Of a DNA stretch of 64,000 bases, positions 28,602 through 38,144 are shown piece after piece. The position numbers were made by a program, and so were the translations under genes. Source of the DNA: an uncultured delta proteobacterium (GTDB taxonomy: Bacteria; Desulfobacterota; Binatia; UBA9968); the NCBI GenBank assembly GCA_963745035.1, contig CAVUVW010000027.1:32001-96000 (forward strand), in the 5' to 3' direction. Numbering within the stretch: the stretch's first letter is position 1; each line of letters starts with the position of its first letter. The notes below the pieces were generated by a model that did no database searches, was not told the origin of the DNA, and was given only the letters and a program-made list of their open reading frames with translations.

Positions 28602-30064
28602 ACGACATTCACATTGTCGATACCACGCTCCGCGACGGGCAATTGAGCCTCTGGGCTTTGGGGATGAGGACCGGCGCGATGCTGGCGATCGCCGAGCAGA
28701 TGGACCAATGCGGTTTTGAATCCATGGAATTTTTCGGCTTTGCCGGCTACATCAAGATGGTTCGCGAGCACAAGGAAAATCCATGGGACTGGATGGCCAT
28801 GGGGGCGAAGAAATTTCACCGCACCCGGCTGCGCTATCACGGCGGGCTCGCCACCGGCTTTGAGAAAATTCCTCGTTCGCTGCGCCTGCTGATGATCGAG
28901 CGGGTGGTCGCTCATGGCATCACCCTCACGCGCTCCTCCGATCCGTGGAACGACTACGAAGCCGCCGCCGTGGAAATCGACGCGCTCAAAAAGCTCGGCA
29001 TGGACGTCGTCATCAACATCATCTATTCGGTTTCGCCGCGCCACACCGACGCTTACTATGCGGAGCGGGCGCGCCAGGCGGCGGCGATCAAGCCCTATCG
29101 TATCTGCTTTAAAGACGTGGGCGGGTTGCTGACGCCCGATCGTGCGCGCGCTCTTATTCCGCTGATCCGACAGAACATCGGCGCCATTCCCCTCGAGTTT
29201 CACGGCCACTGCAACAACGGCTTAGCGCCGTTCAATTATCTGGAGGCGATCAAGCTCGGCGTGAATATTCTCCATACGGCGATTCCGCCGCTTGCCAACG
29301 GCTCCTCGCAGCCGTCGATATTCAATATTGCGTCCAACGCTCGGGCGCTGGGATTTACGCCCCTCGTCGATCTGGACGCGATCAAGCCGGTGGAAAAACA
29401 TTTTACTTACATCGCCAAGCAGGAGGGCCACCCGATCGGCGCGCCGCGCGAGTACGACCACGGGCAGTACCTGCACCAAGTCCCCGGCGGCATGATTTCA
29501 AATCTGCGTTATCAGCTTCGGACCATGGGCATGGAAAATCGTTTGTCGGAGACGCTGGAGGAAGCGGGACGGGTACGCGCCGAATTCGGCTACCCGATCA
29601 TGGTGACGCCGCTGGCCCAGTTTGTCGGCAGCCAGGCGGCGATCAACGTCATCACCGGCGAGCGCTACAAGGAAGTGACCGATCAATCGATCCAGTACGC
29701 GCTCGGACACTGGGGCAAAGAAGCGCCGCTGGTGATGGACGCCGGCGTCCGCGACAAGATCCTCGCTCGGCCGCGAGCGAAGGATTGGCAGCGTTGGTCG
29801 CCGCCCGATCTGTCACTCGCGGAAGTGCGGCAAAAATTCGGCGGCGCCGGCGTCTCCGATGAAGAGCTGGTTTTGCGGGTGATTGCCGGCGAGGCGGCGG
29901 TGCAGGCGATGCTCGCCGCCGGCGCGCCGCGCGAATACCTGAACGCGCGCCAGCCGCTTGTCCGGCTGATCGCGGCCCTCGCCGCTCGCCGCGACTGCAG
30001 CCGCGTATACATCCGCAAAGATGGTTTGCTGCTGCGTATGGAAAGAAATCAGACTGGGTTCTAG
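28598..30064 (+). CDS. Pyruvate carboxylase subunit B / oxaloacetate decarboxylase alpha-like carboxyltransferase without a biotinyl domain
   Basis: DTTLRDG, CFKDVGG, HGH, HQVPGGMISNL and MVTP motifs; no MKM biotinylation motif. Confidence 0.88.
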   Translation: MNDIHIVDTTLRDGQLSLWALGMRTGAMLAIAEQMDQCGFESMEFFGFAGYIKMVREHKENPWDWMAMGAKKFHRTRLRYHGGLATGFEKIPRSLRLLMIERVVAHGITLTRSSDPWNDYEAAAVEIDALKKLGMDVVINIIYSVSPRHTDAYYAERARQAAAIKPYRICFKDVGGLLTPDRARALIPLIRQNIGAIPLEFHGHCNNGLAPFNYLEAIKLGVNILHTAIPPLANGSSQPSIFNIASNARALGFTPLVDLDAIKPVEKHFTYIAKQEGHPIGAPREYDHGQYLHQVPGGMISNLRYQLRTMGMENRLSETLEEAGRVRAEFGYPIMVTPLAQFVGSQAAINVITGERYKEVTDQSIQYALGHWGKEAPLVMDAGVRDKILARPRAKDWQRWSPPDLSLAEVRQKFGGAGVSDEELVLRVIAGEAAVQAMLAAGAPREYLNARQPLVRLIAALAARRDCSRVYIRKDGLLLRMERNQTGF

Positions 30065-30161
30065 CCCGGATGATTCGTGCGAGGGCGACGCTTGGGCAAT
30101 GGGCCCGTGCGTTTGTTGCGCCACCGAGTTGCCGGCAAAAACGTTTGGATCGGTGATGGAA

Positions 30162-30416
30162 TTACGCTGCTTGACTCACGGCACCGGCGCCCTCTTTCGG
30201 TGCCATTGCCGCGGCCCGCCGCCGCAGAACGTTTTGGCGCACGGCATCCGGATTCAATCCGATCTGATCGCAAATCCAGATGAGGCTGCCGAGAGCATTG
30301 TTTTTCGAGCATAGCCAGGCGCGCGCCGGCTTGGCGAGATGGTCCGGTCCGGAGAGATCCTGCATCGCCAAGCTGAGCACCGACATCCACAGAGTTTGTT
30401 CCGGTTCGTTCATCAT
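30162..30416 (-). CDS. Hypothetical protein (PEQTLWMSVL...WICDQIGLNPDAVR)
   Basis: 84 aa with a GAGGT RBS; downstream of the Zn-ribbon gene in a likely two-gene unit. Confidence 0.6.
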   Translation of the reverse strand: MMNEPEQTLWMSVLSLAMQDLSGPDHLAKPARAWLCSKNNALGSLIWICDQIGLNPDAVRQNVLRRRAAAMAPKEGAGAVSQAA

Positions 30417-30423
30417 AATCTGA

Positions 30424-30663
30424 TTACCTCGATTTCGCGGCTTGATCGTTTTCGAGTTCCAGCGCACCGACAGCCATGCTGCCCAGTTTAGAGTTCGTCG
30501 CCGCCGAAGCATTGCCCCGGAGGATGAGCCACTTCAACGAGTGGTCGCATTTGCGGCAGATAGCGTTGATCGCGCTCATTGTCGGGCTGTATTTCAGAAA
30601 CATGGTCACCATTCTGGCGCGGCACTTGGGACATTGGCGGTTTTTGAGATACTTGAGCCTCAT
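30424..30663 (-). CDS. Small Zn-ribbon protein
   Basis: CPKC...CRKC in 79 aa; sigma54 motif upstream. Confidence 0.55.
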   Translation of the reverse strand: MRLKYLKNRQCPKCRARMVTMFLKYSPTMSAINAICRKCDHSLKWLILRGNASAATNSKLGSMAVGALELENDQAAKSR

Positions 30664-30696
30664 ATTCGATGACGATCTTACGGTGCAATCCCTTTG

Positions 30697-30712
30697 AGCA
30701 ACCAACATGCCA
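30697..30712 (-). promoter_or_regulatory. Sigma54 (-24/-12) promoter
   Basis: TGGCATGTTGGTTGCT = GG-N10-GC with TTGC. Confidence 0.7.
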
Positions 30713-30949
30713 ACGAAGTTGCCTGCAAGTCATAGAGTGGTTTTTCTAAGTTGGCGATAATCGGAGTTTTATTTCTTTCGCCCAAGCCGGCGGCGGTGCG
30801 CTCCCGCTCTTCGGCCGACATTTTCGACCCAGAACCTGACAAATTTGTATATCCCGTCCCAGGTAGCCCGTTGACACACCCGCGTGGCATTCGATAATCT
30901 CCGTCGCGTCATCGCTCATGAGCAGCCTGGCGCTCAAACGGAGGCAAAC

Positions 30950-33122
30950 ATGAAAAAGTCCCAAGGTTTCTTTCTGGCGACGGCGGCCTTCGCCGCCGCG
31001 ACATTGCTCTTGGTATCGTCAGCCCCGTTGAGCAGCCAACAGGGCGCGACGGTGAACATCGACAACGACGACATCGGTGGCGTGGTGAGCAGCGCCAAAG
31101 GGCCGGAGGCGGGGGTCTGGGTTATCGCCGAGACCAGCGATTTGCCGACCCGGTTCGCGAGGATGGTGGTTACCGATGATCGGGGCCGCTACGTGCTGCC
31201 GGATTTGCCGAAAGCCAGTTACAGCGTATGGGTGCGCGGCTACGGACTGGTCGATTCGCCGAAGGTCAAAGCGACGCCCGGCAAGAACCTCAATTTGAAA
31301 GCGGTGGTCGCGCCGAACGATGCCGCCGCGGCGCACTACTATCCGGCGATCTATTGGTATTCGATGCTGAAGATTCCCGACGGGAGCGAGTTCGGCGGCA
31401 AGGGAAAAATTCCCGCGAAGATAACGCAGAATCGAATGGGTGGATTCGATGAAAGACAATGGCTGCGTCAACTGCCATCAGCTTGGGACAGCTCGCCACG
31501 CGTACTTTCCCGAAAAACGTTCCGCATCCGCTTAACGATTTCAAGACTTCTGAGGAAGCCTGGTTTCGCCGAATCCAGTCCGGCCAGGGCGGCGAAACAA
31601 TGTTTAATCTTGCCGTCAACGAACTTGGTGCAGCTCCATTGCGCTATTTTGCCGATTGGACCGACCGCATCGCCAAAGGCGAGTTGCCTCACGCCAAGCC
31701 GCCGCGACCGCAAGGAGTCGAACGTAACATAGTCGTCACGACTTGGGACTGGCTTGACGATAAGCATTATCTGCACGACCTGATCGCTTCGGACCGGCGC
31801 TATCCAACGGTAAATGCCTACGGACCGCTTTATGGCTCTACGGAGCACAGCACGGACTTCATGCCGGTTCTCGACCCCAAGAAACATAACGCCGTCAACA
31901 TCGTTGCCCCGGTCCGGGATGCCAATACGCCTGATGGCGATCGGGGCCGGTTATGCGGCTAGCGATAAAATTATGCAACCGTCGCCTTACTGGGGCACTG
32001 AACGGATTTGGACGAGCAGAAGCCAATAACCACAACGGGATGTTTGACCGAAAAGGCCGGGTCTGGTTTGCGGCTACCGTCCGCGCACCCAACAATCCCG
32101 ACTTTTGCAAGAAGGGTTCGGACCATCCCTCTGCCAAGAGGTTTCCACTTGAGCGAACAAATCGCCAGCTGACGATGCTTGATCCCACGACTGGTCAATA
32201 CACGTTTATAGACACTTGCTTCGGTACACATCACCTGCAATTTGGGTACGATGCTAATGAAACGTCTGTGGACCAGCGGCGGTGGGCAGGTGATCGGGTG
32301 GGTTAACACTAAAATGTTGGATGAGACAGGCGATCTTGCCAAGTCCCAGGGTTGGACGCCGATGATTCTGGATACTAACGGCAACGGGAAGCGCGACGAG
32401 TACGTCGAGCCCGACCAGCCGGTAGATCCGACCAAAGACAAGAGAATATCAGCAGGCTTCTACGCCGTGATGCCGAGCCCGGTTGATGGTTCGGTCTGGG
32501 GTACCACGAGGGCTTTCCCGGGGGCTGTCGTTCGTATCGCGCCGGGGTCGAATCCGTCGGAGACGGCGCTTGCAGAAATTTACAAAGTCCCGATGCCCGG
32601 ATTTGGAATTCGCGGCGGTGACATCGACCGTAAGGGCGTCGTGTGGGTATCGCTTGCGAGTGGACATCTCGGAAGCTTCGACCGGCGCAAATGTAAAGGT
32701 CCTCTTAATGGTCCGAAGGCGACGGGTGATCACTGCCCGGAGGGCTGGTCGTTCCATCAATATCCGGGTCCGGGCTTCAAAGGCATCGGTGAAAACAGCG
32801 CGGAGTCGAGCTACTATAGCTGGGTTGATCAGCACAACACTTTTGGCCTTGGTGAGGACGTGCCCATGTCAACGGCTAACTTGCACGGTGGCTTAGATCG
32901 CGTTGAAAGACGGCAAGATGATCCTATTAGCCGTACCGTATCCGCTTGGTTTCTATGCGAAGGGCTTTGACGGCCGCATCGACGACTTGAAGGCGGGTTG
33001 GAAAGGCCGCGGATTGTGGAGTTCTAGCGGTGATCGCGCACCATGGTTGATGGAGCGCGGCAAGGGCGGTAAGCCGATGGCTGTGCACTTCCAAATACGA
33101 CCCGAATCCACTGGCGAAGTGA
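30950..33122 (+). CDS. Secreted carboxypeptidase-regulatory-like domain / monoheme c / beta-propeller protein (about 6 frameshifts)
   Basis: Signal peptide; GPEAGVWVIAET...TDDRGRYVLPDLP; NGCVNCHQLG across the first shift; one protein stitched from ORFs 30884, 31459, 31953, 32242 and 32903, ending RPNPLAK*. Confidence 0.75.
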
Positions 33123-33172
33123 GGCGCAACAGCGACGGCGGATATTAGTTAAAGAACCAGACGAACGCAGGG

Positions 33173-33209
33173 ACAGGCTTGCGCTTGGATCGAGCGCAAG
33201 CCTGTTTTT
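33173..33209 (+). terminator. Rho-independent terminator
   Basis: ACAGGCTTGCGCT / AGCGCAAGCCTGT stem followed by TTTT. Confidence 0.8.
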
Positions 33210-33269
33210 GTCCGCATCTTTGTTGCGCCCTTCTACGGCTAAGTTTTCTCGCGCGAAGCGAAATCTTTC

Positions 33270-33716
33270 ATGTTAGTTAACCGCCGCACGCTGCGTATCG
33301 AATGGGGGCAGTGCGATCCCGCGGGAATCGTCTTCTATCCGCAGTATCTGATCATCTTCGATACCAGCACCGGCTGGCTATTCGAGCGCACCGGTTTGTC
33401 GCCGTCGGCAATGCGGAAGAAATACGGCATCGTCGGCATGCCGATCGTCGAAGTGGGCGCGCGCTTTGTCCAGCCTTGCCGCTTCGACGAGGAAATAGTT
33501 GTCGAGAGCGAAGTGGGCGAGTGGGGTAAAAGCAGTTTCACCGTGCGCCATCGCATTCTTCGAGAAGGCGAGCTTGCGCTCGACGGCTTCGAGAAGCGTG
33601 TCTGGGCCGGTCCGCACCCGGAGCGAACCGGCGCCATCAAAGCCCAAGCGGTTCCCGCCGAAATCATCGCCAGTCTTTCGGATGAAACCGGCAACACGCT
33701 CGTGGCCCTCAAGTGA
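33270..33716 (+). CDS. 4-hydroxybenzoyl-CoA thioesterase-family (hotdog) protein
   Basis: IEWGQCDPAGIVFYPQY motif. Confidence 0.9.
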   Translation: MLVNRRTLRIEWGQCDPAGIVFYPQYLIIFDTSTGWLFERTGLSPSAMRKKYGIVGMPIVEVGARFVQPCRFDEEIVVESEVGEWGKSSFTVRHRILREGELALDGFEKRVWAGPHPERTGAIKAQAVPAEIIASLSDETGNTLVALK

Positions 33717-34068
33717 CTTGGCGAACAAATCGTCCAAGGGAGTACAAAAGGGACACAAATACCGCGACTTCCACGACGTCGGGATACGCTCCAGGGAATC
33801 CGTATTCGGCAGAGAATGGACCATGCCACGTTGAGTCCCCGCGCCCGCTGAACGCCATAGCCATTGGGAAACAATGGCTGAATTCGATCTTGTTACGATC
33901 ATTACCACTGCGGGAGCCGGTCGGGACTGTTATTTGGCAAGCAGTTGTGGCTAGTTATTTCTAAGCCGTCGACTCGCCGGCCAACTCGCAGACGGCGAGG
34001 GCCAGCGCGCCGGTCGAGCGATTTCAGCGATAAGATTTCAGCGATAGAAAGGACAGGAGGTTTTTTTC

Positions 34069-35133
34069 ATGCCAGTGATCGATGCCGACACCCACGTCGA
34101 CGAATCCGAAGCTACGTGGGCGAAGTTGCAGAACACTCCCTACGAGAAATATATACCGGTGACCGTTTCCATGCCGCCCGATGAGGCCGAGCGCGCCGGC
34201 TACAACGCCACAACCAGCCGCTGCTGGGTCGTCGAAGGCCGGCTGCAAAACCGCGCCCTCCGCGACGAAGTGAATCATCCGCCGCGGGTGCGGCGCGAGC
34301 TCGACGACGTGCCCGGCCGGCTCGCGCACATGGACGAGATGGGCGTGGACGTTCAGGTTATTTTTCCGACCTTCTTTATCCGCTACAACACGATGAACGC
34401 GGAAGCGGAATGGGCGCTGACCACAACCTACAACCGCTGGCTTGCCGAAAAGTGCGCGAATACCAAAGGGCGCCTGCGTTGGGCGGCGGTGCTGCCACTG
34501 CTGCAGCCCGACAAAGCGGTCGAGGAGCTGCGCTGGGCGAAGGAGCACGGCGCCTGCGGCATCTTCAAGCGCGGATTCGACCTCGACCGCAAGGTAACCG
34601 ACGCGCACTTTTTTCCCATTTACGAGGAAGCGAGCGCGCTGGAGCTGCCGCTGTGCATCCACACCGGCCATCCGCTTCCGGGCAGCGAGTGGGACCGGGG
34701 ATTTCCGATCATGTATTCGTTTACGGCACTGGTGAGCTCCGGCATCGCGAAAAAATTTCCCAAGCTGCGTTTCGGTCTCATCGAATCGGGAGCATCGTGG
34801 ATTCCCTACACGATTTCCCAGTTGGGCGCGCAAAAGCGCGTAACCTTGCGCGGCCAGGGGACTCGACTGCCCCGGCTGTTCGAGCTCGAACCGGAAATTT
34901 TCCGCGCCAACCGGTTGTTCGTTACCCTCGATCCGATCGATGACGTGGAGTCGTTGCTGCGGTTCGGAACGGAAGACAGCCTGATGATCGGCACCGACTA
35001 CAGCCATACCGACATCTCCGCCAACCTGAGCGCGCTTGACGAAGTGCGGAGCTGGGCGGAGGAGGGGCGGATCAGCAAAGCCCAGGCGCGCAAAATCCTA
35101 GAGACCAACTCCCAGGCGTTCTACGGACTGTAG
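34069..35133 (+). CDS. Amidohydrolase_2-family protein
   Basis: IDADTHV, CIHTG, ESGASW and GTDYSH. Confidence 0.9.
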   Translation: MPVIDADTHVDESEATWAKLQNTPYEKYIPVTVSMPPDEAERAGYNATTSRCWVVEGRLQNRALRDEVNHPPRVRRELDDVPGRLAHMDEMGVDVQVIFPTFFIRYNTMNAEAEWALTTTYNRWLAEKCANTKGRLRWAAVLPLLQPDKAVEELRWAKEHGACGIFKRGFDLDRKVTDAHFFPIYEEASALELPLCIHTGHPLPGSEWDRGFPIMYSFTALVSSGIAKKFPKLRFGLIESGASWIPYTISQLGAQKRVTLRGQGTRLPRLFELEPEIFRANRLFVTLDPIDDVESLLRFGTEDSLMIGTDYSHTDISANLSALDEVRSWAEEGRISKAQARKILETNSQAFYGL

Positions 35134-35241
35134 AAGCCGGGCCGTGCCCGGTTGCGGGTGTCGGCTGATCTGTTAGGTTTGGCGGAGTTTGACGCCGGAA
35201 GCGGGAGCGCAGAAAAATTGGATTCCACGGGAGGAGAAAGC

Positions 35242-37113
35242 GTGAAAACAGCGACGGCCAGAAAACCAAGCGAGACAAAAGATCGGCAATCGAACCGGGT
35301 CAGCATCGACCGGCCGCAAAATCTCGGCAAACCGAAAATGAACTGGGGCAGCGATGTCGTCGCCGAAGTCACCCGGCGCCTCGATTTGAAATACATCGCC
35401 CTCGTGCCCGGCGCCAGCTATCGCGGCTTTCACGACAGCATCGTCAATTATCTCGGCAACAAGAATCCGCAGATGGTGATCTGCCTGCACGAAGAGCATG
35501 CGGTATCCATCGCCGACGGCTACGGCAAGGTGACCGAGCAACCGATGGCGGTGGCGCTGCACTCCAACGTCGGTCTCATGCACGCGACCATGACGATCTT
35601 CAACGCCTGGTGCGATCGCACGCCGATGATCATCTTCGGCGCCACCGGTCCGGTGGACGCGCACAAGCGCCGTCCGTGGATCGACTGGATCCACACGTCG
35701 AAGGATCAGGCGTCGATGATCCGCCATTACACCAAGTGGGACGATCAACCGGCCTCGCCGCAGGCGGCGGTGGAGTCGGTGCTGCGCGCCAATCAGATTA
35801 CCCGCAGCGCGCCCACGGGGCCGGTCTACGTCTGCCTCGACGTCGGCTTGCAGGAGGAGCCGCTTAAAGAGAATGTCTCGATTCCCGATCCGGCGCGTTT
35901 CGCGCCCGCGCCGTCGCCCGCCGTGCCGCGCGCTTCCGTCCTCGCGGCTTTGAAGGCGATCGACAAGGCAAAGTTCCCGTTGATTCTCATGGGGCGCGTC
36001 TCGCGCAAGCAAGCCGATTGGGACCGCCGCGTGCGCTTCGCGGAAACGATCGGGGCTGCGGTGCTGACCAGCACCAACGATCCATCTTCGTTTCCGACGA
36101 TGCATCCGCTGCATCTTGCCGCGCCGTGTCTGCGTCCGAGCAAGGCGGCCACCGCGCTGATCGAGAAAGCCGATCTGATCATCAGCATGGACTGGCTCGA
36201 CCTGGGCGGCGTTTTGCGCCTGGCGCTCGGCTCCTCGCAGACGCAGCAACCTGCCGACAAGACGATCATCCATTGTTCCATGGACAATTACCGGACCAAC
36301 GGCTGGAGCATGGATCATCAAGCGTTGGCAGCAGCCGATATACCGATCCAGGCCGAGCCCGATACATTCATCGCCCAGATGCTCGAAGAATTGGAGGCGA
36401 AGAAAGCTCCCAAGCTAAAAACCCGGCCCGAGCTGAAAAACATCGTGCATTGGAACGACGCTCTCGGCGCCAATGCAAAAGCCGCGAACGGCAAATCGAT
36501 GACCCTTTGGGATATGGCGATGACCGTCCGCGAGTTCGCCCAGAAGCGGCCGGTCACGTTCGCGCGTCTATCGCTCGGCTGGCCCGGTGAAGCCGATGTG
36601 TTCGACGGCCCGCTGTCTTTTATGGGCAACGACGGCGGCGGTGGAGTCGGCACCGGGCCCGGACACTGCGTCGGTACGGCGCTGGCGCTCAAGGGCAGCG
36701 GCCGGATTCCCGTCGGCATTATCGGCGACGGCGATTATCTGATGGGCGTGCAGGCGCTGTGGACGGCGGCGCACATGGACATTCCTCTGATGATCGTGGC
36801 GGCGGACAATCGCTCGTACTTCAACGACGAAATGCATCAGGAGAGGGTCGCGCAAATGCGCGACCGTCCGCCGCAGAATCGCTGGATCGGCCAGCGCATC
36901 GACGATCCGCGGGTGGATCTCGTCGCCATGGCGCGCGCCCAGGGATTCGACGCCGAAGCGCCGGTAACGACCGCCGAAGCGCTCGCAAAGGCGCTCAAGA
37001 AGGGCGCGGACATCGTCGCCAAAGGCGGACGCTATTTCATCGATTCGGTGATCGAGCCCGGCTACGCCGAAAGTGGACCGGATCAGCGTGCGGACATGGT
37101 GAAAAAGAAATGA
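35242..37113 (+). CDS. Thiamine-pyrophosphate-binding enzyme (ALS/benzoylformate decarboxylase family)
   Basis: CLHEEHAV catalytic Glu and GDGD...DN TPP motif; GTG start after GGAGGAG. Confidence 0.9.
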   Translation: MKTATARKPSETKDRQSNRVSIDRPQNLGKPKMNWGSDVVAEVTRRLDLKYIALVPGASYRGFHDSIVNYLGNKNPQMVICLHEEHAVSIADGYGKVTEQPMAVALHSNVGLMHATMTIFNAWCDRTPMIIFGATGPVDAHKRRPWIDWIHTSKDQASMIRHYTKWDDQPASPQAAVESVLRANQITRSAPTGPVYVCLDVGLQEEPLKENVSIPDPARFAPAPSPAVPRASVLAALKAIDKAKFPLILMGRVSRKQADWDRRVRFAETIGAAVLTSTNDPSSFPTMHPLHLAAPCLRPSKAATALIEKADLIISMDWLDLGGVLRLALGSSQTQQPADKTIIHCSMDNYRTNGWSMDHQALAAADIPIQAEPDTFIAQMLEELEAKKAPKLKTRPELKNIVHWNDALGANAKAANGKSMTLWDMAMTVREFAQKRPVTFARLSLGWPGEADVFDGPLSFMGNDGGGGVGTGPGHCVGTALALKGSGRIPVGIIGDGDYLMGVQALWTAAHMDIPLMIVAADNRSYFNDEMHQERVAQMRDRPPQNRWIGQRIDDPRVDLVAMARAQGFDAEAPVTTAEALAKALKKGADIVAKGGRYFIDSVIEPGYAESGPDQRADMVKKK

Positions 37114-37177
37114 AGGGCATGACTGTGCGAGCGGATGAGACGCAGACCACTAAGACGACGCTAAAGCTCTCTTGGAC

Positions 37178-37255
37178 TCCTTCGACAAACTCAGGACGAA
37201 CGGAAATAAGATTAAAATCAGTAAGAAATTTCCGTGCATGCTGAGCTTCGAAGGA
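37178..37255. repeat. Palindromic REP-like element
   Basis: TCCTTCGACAAACTCAGGACGAACGG ... CCGTGCATGCTGAGCTTCGAAGGA; same family as 20043-20118. Confidence 0.7.
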
Positions 37256-37319
37256 CGATGTCTTACCAATTCGGAGTGAGCGGTAACCTAGCCGCTCTCT
37301 CTTTGCAGTGCTCATGTCC

Positions 37320-37757
37320 TCAACGCGGGCCGATGCGCAGGTTTACCGTGCCGAGATAGATTTCCCTGAGAAACCAGACCAGCCCGACAAAAAACGTCGC
37401 CATGGCGGCGACGAACAAGATCGTCACCGAAATCGTCGCATTGAAATGCAGGGAAGCGCTCAGGAACAGTACCGCAATGACGGTGCAGATGAGCAGCGCG
37501 GTAGTGGTACAAAAGGTAATGGCGCGGTAGATCAACTGCGCGCGGCGCGACAGGATGTCGAGATCGGCGCGCAATGCGCCGACCAGCTCCGGAGCGGCGC
37601 GCTCGAGTCGCTCTTCCAAGAGGCGGGCGCGATCGATAATCCTGCCGAGCCGATTGGTCATGACGGCCAGGATGGCGCCGATGCCGGTGAGCAGAAACAC
37701 CGGCGCCACGGCGAGCTGAATCACGTGGGCTATGACGATGTCAGGGTACTCAGGCAC
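37320..37757 (-). CDS. DUF2721-family membrane protein
   Basis: IQLAVAPVFLLTGIG...TNRLGRIIDRAR...FLREIYL. Confidence 0.85.
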   Translation of the reverse strand: MPEYPDIVIAHVIQLAVAPVFLLTGIGAILAVMTNRLGRIIDRARLLEERLERAAPELVGALRADLDILSRRAQLIYRAITFCTTTALLICTVIAVLFLSASLHFNATISVTILFVAAMATFFVGLVWFLREIYLGTVNLRIGPR

Positions 37758-37800
37758 AGAGGATGTTTTGCCGCGGTAACGTAAGCGCTCATCCGGATCC

Positions 37801-37877
37801 GTCATTCCCGCATGTTTTAAGCGGGAATCCAGGCGAGTCCGGACTGGGCCCCCGATAAAAACATTCGGGGGCGACGA
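37801..37877. repeat. About 77-bp interspersed element with ATTCCCGC-N9-GCGGGAAT hairpin
   Basis: Highly similar copy at 59307-59381. Confidence 0.8.
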
Positions 37878-37929
37878 TCTAGACAACGTCACTATTCAAT
37901 TTTGACATTTTCCGGCATGCTGCGGGTTT

Positions 37930-38124
37930 TTAATCGTTCGACCTTTCAGCGTTGCTGCGGATCCACTGCTTCAGATCTTTTTCTTCTTCGTCTTTGTGCG
38001 CGTGGTGCATCTTTGCGTGCAGCCAGCCGAGCTCGACGACTTCTTCTAAAGCACCCGAGATCACGACCGTGCAGCCTTGGTCGCTGGGATACTTTCTGCA
38101 ATCGATTTTGAAGCGATCCGCCAT
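37930..38124 (-). CDS. DUF1059-family small metal-binding protein
   Basis: IDCRKYPSDQGC...HAKMHH; AGGAG RBS. Confidence 0.8.
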   Translation of the reverse strand: MADRFKIDCRKYPSDQGCTVVISGALEEVVELGWLHAKMHHAHKDEEEKDLKQWIRSNAERSND

Positions 38125-38144
38125 CTTCCGCTCCTTTCGTCAGC

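Noticed and set aside
33866-33935. c-di-GMP-II riboswitch (GGAAACAATGGCTGAAT...GGAGC resembles its 5' part)
   Set aside because: The GCAC/GUGC pseudoknot and the 3' CAACCG element are missing.
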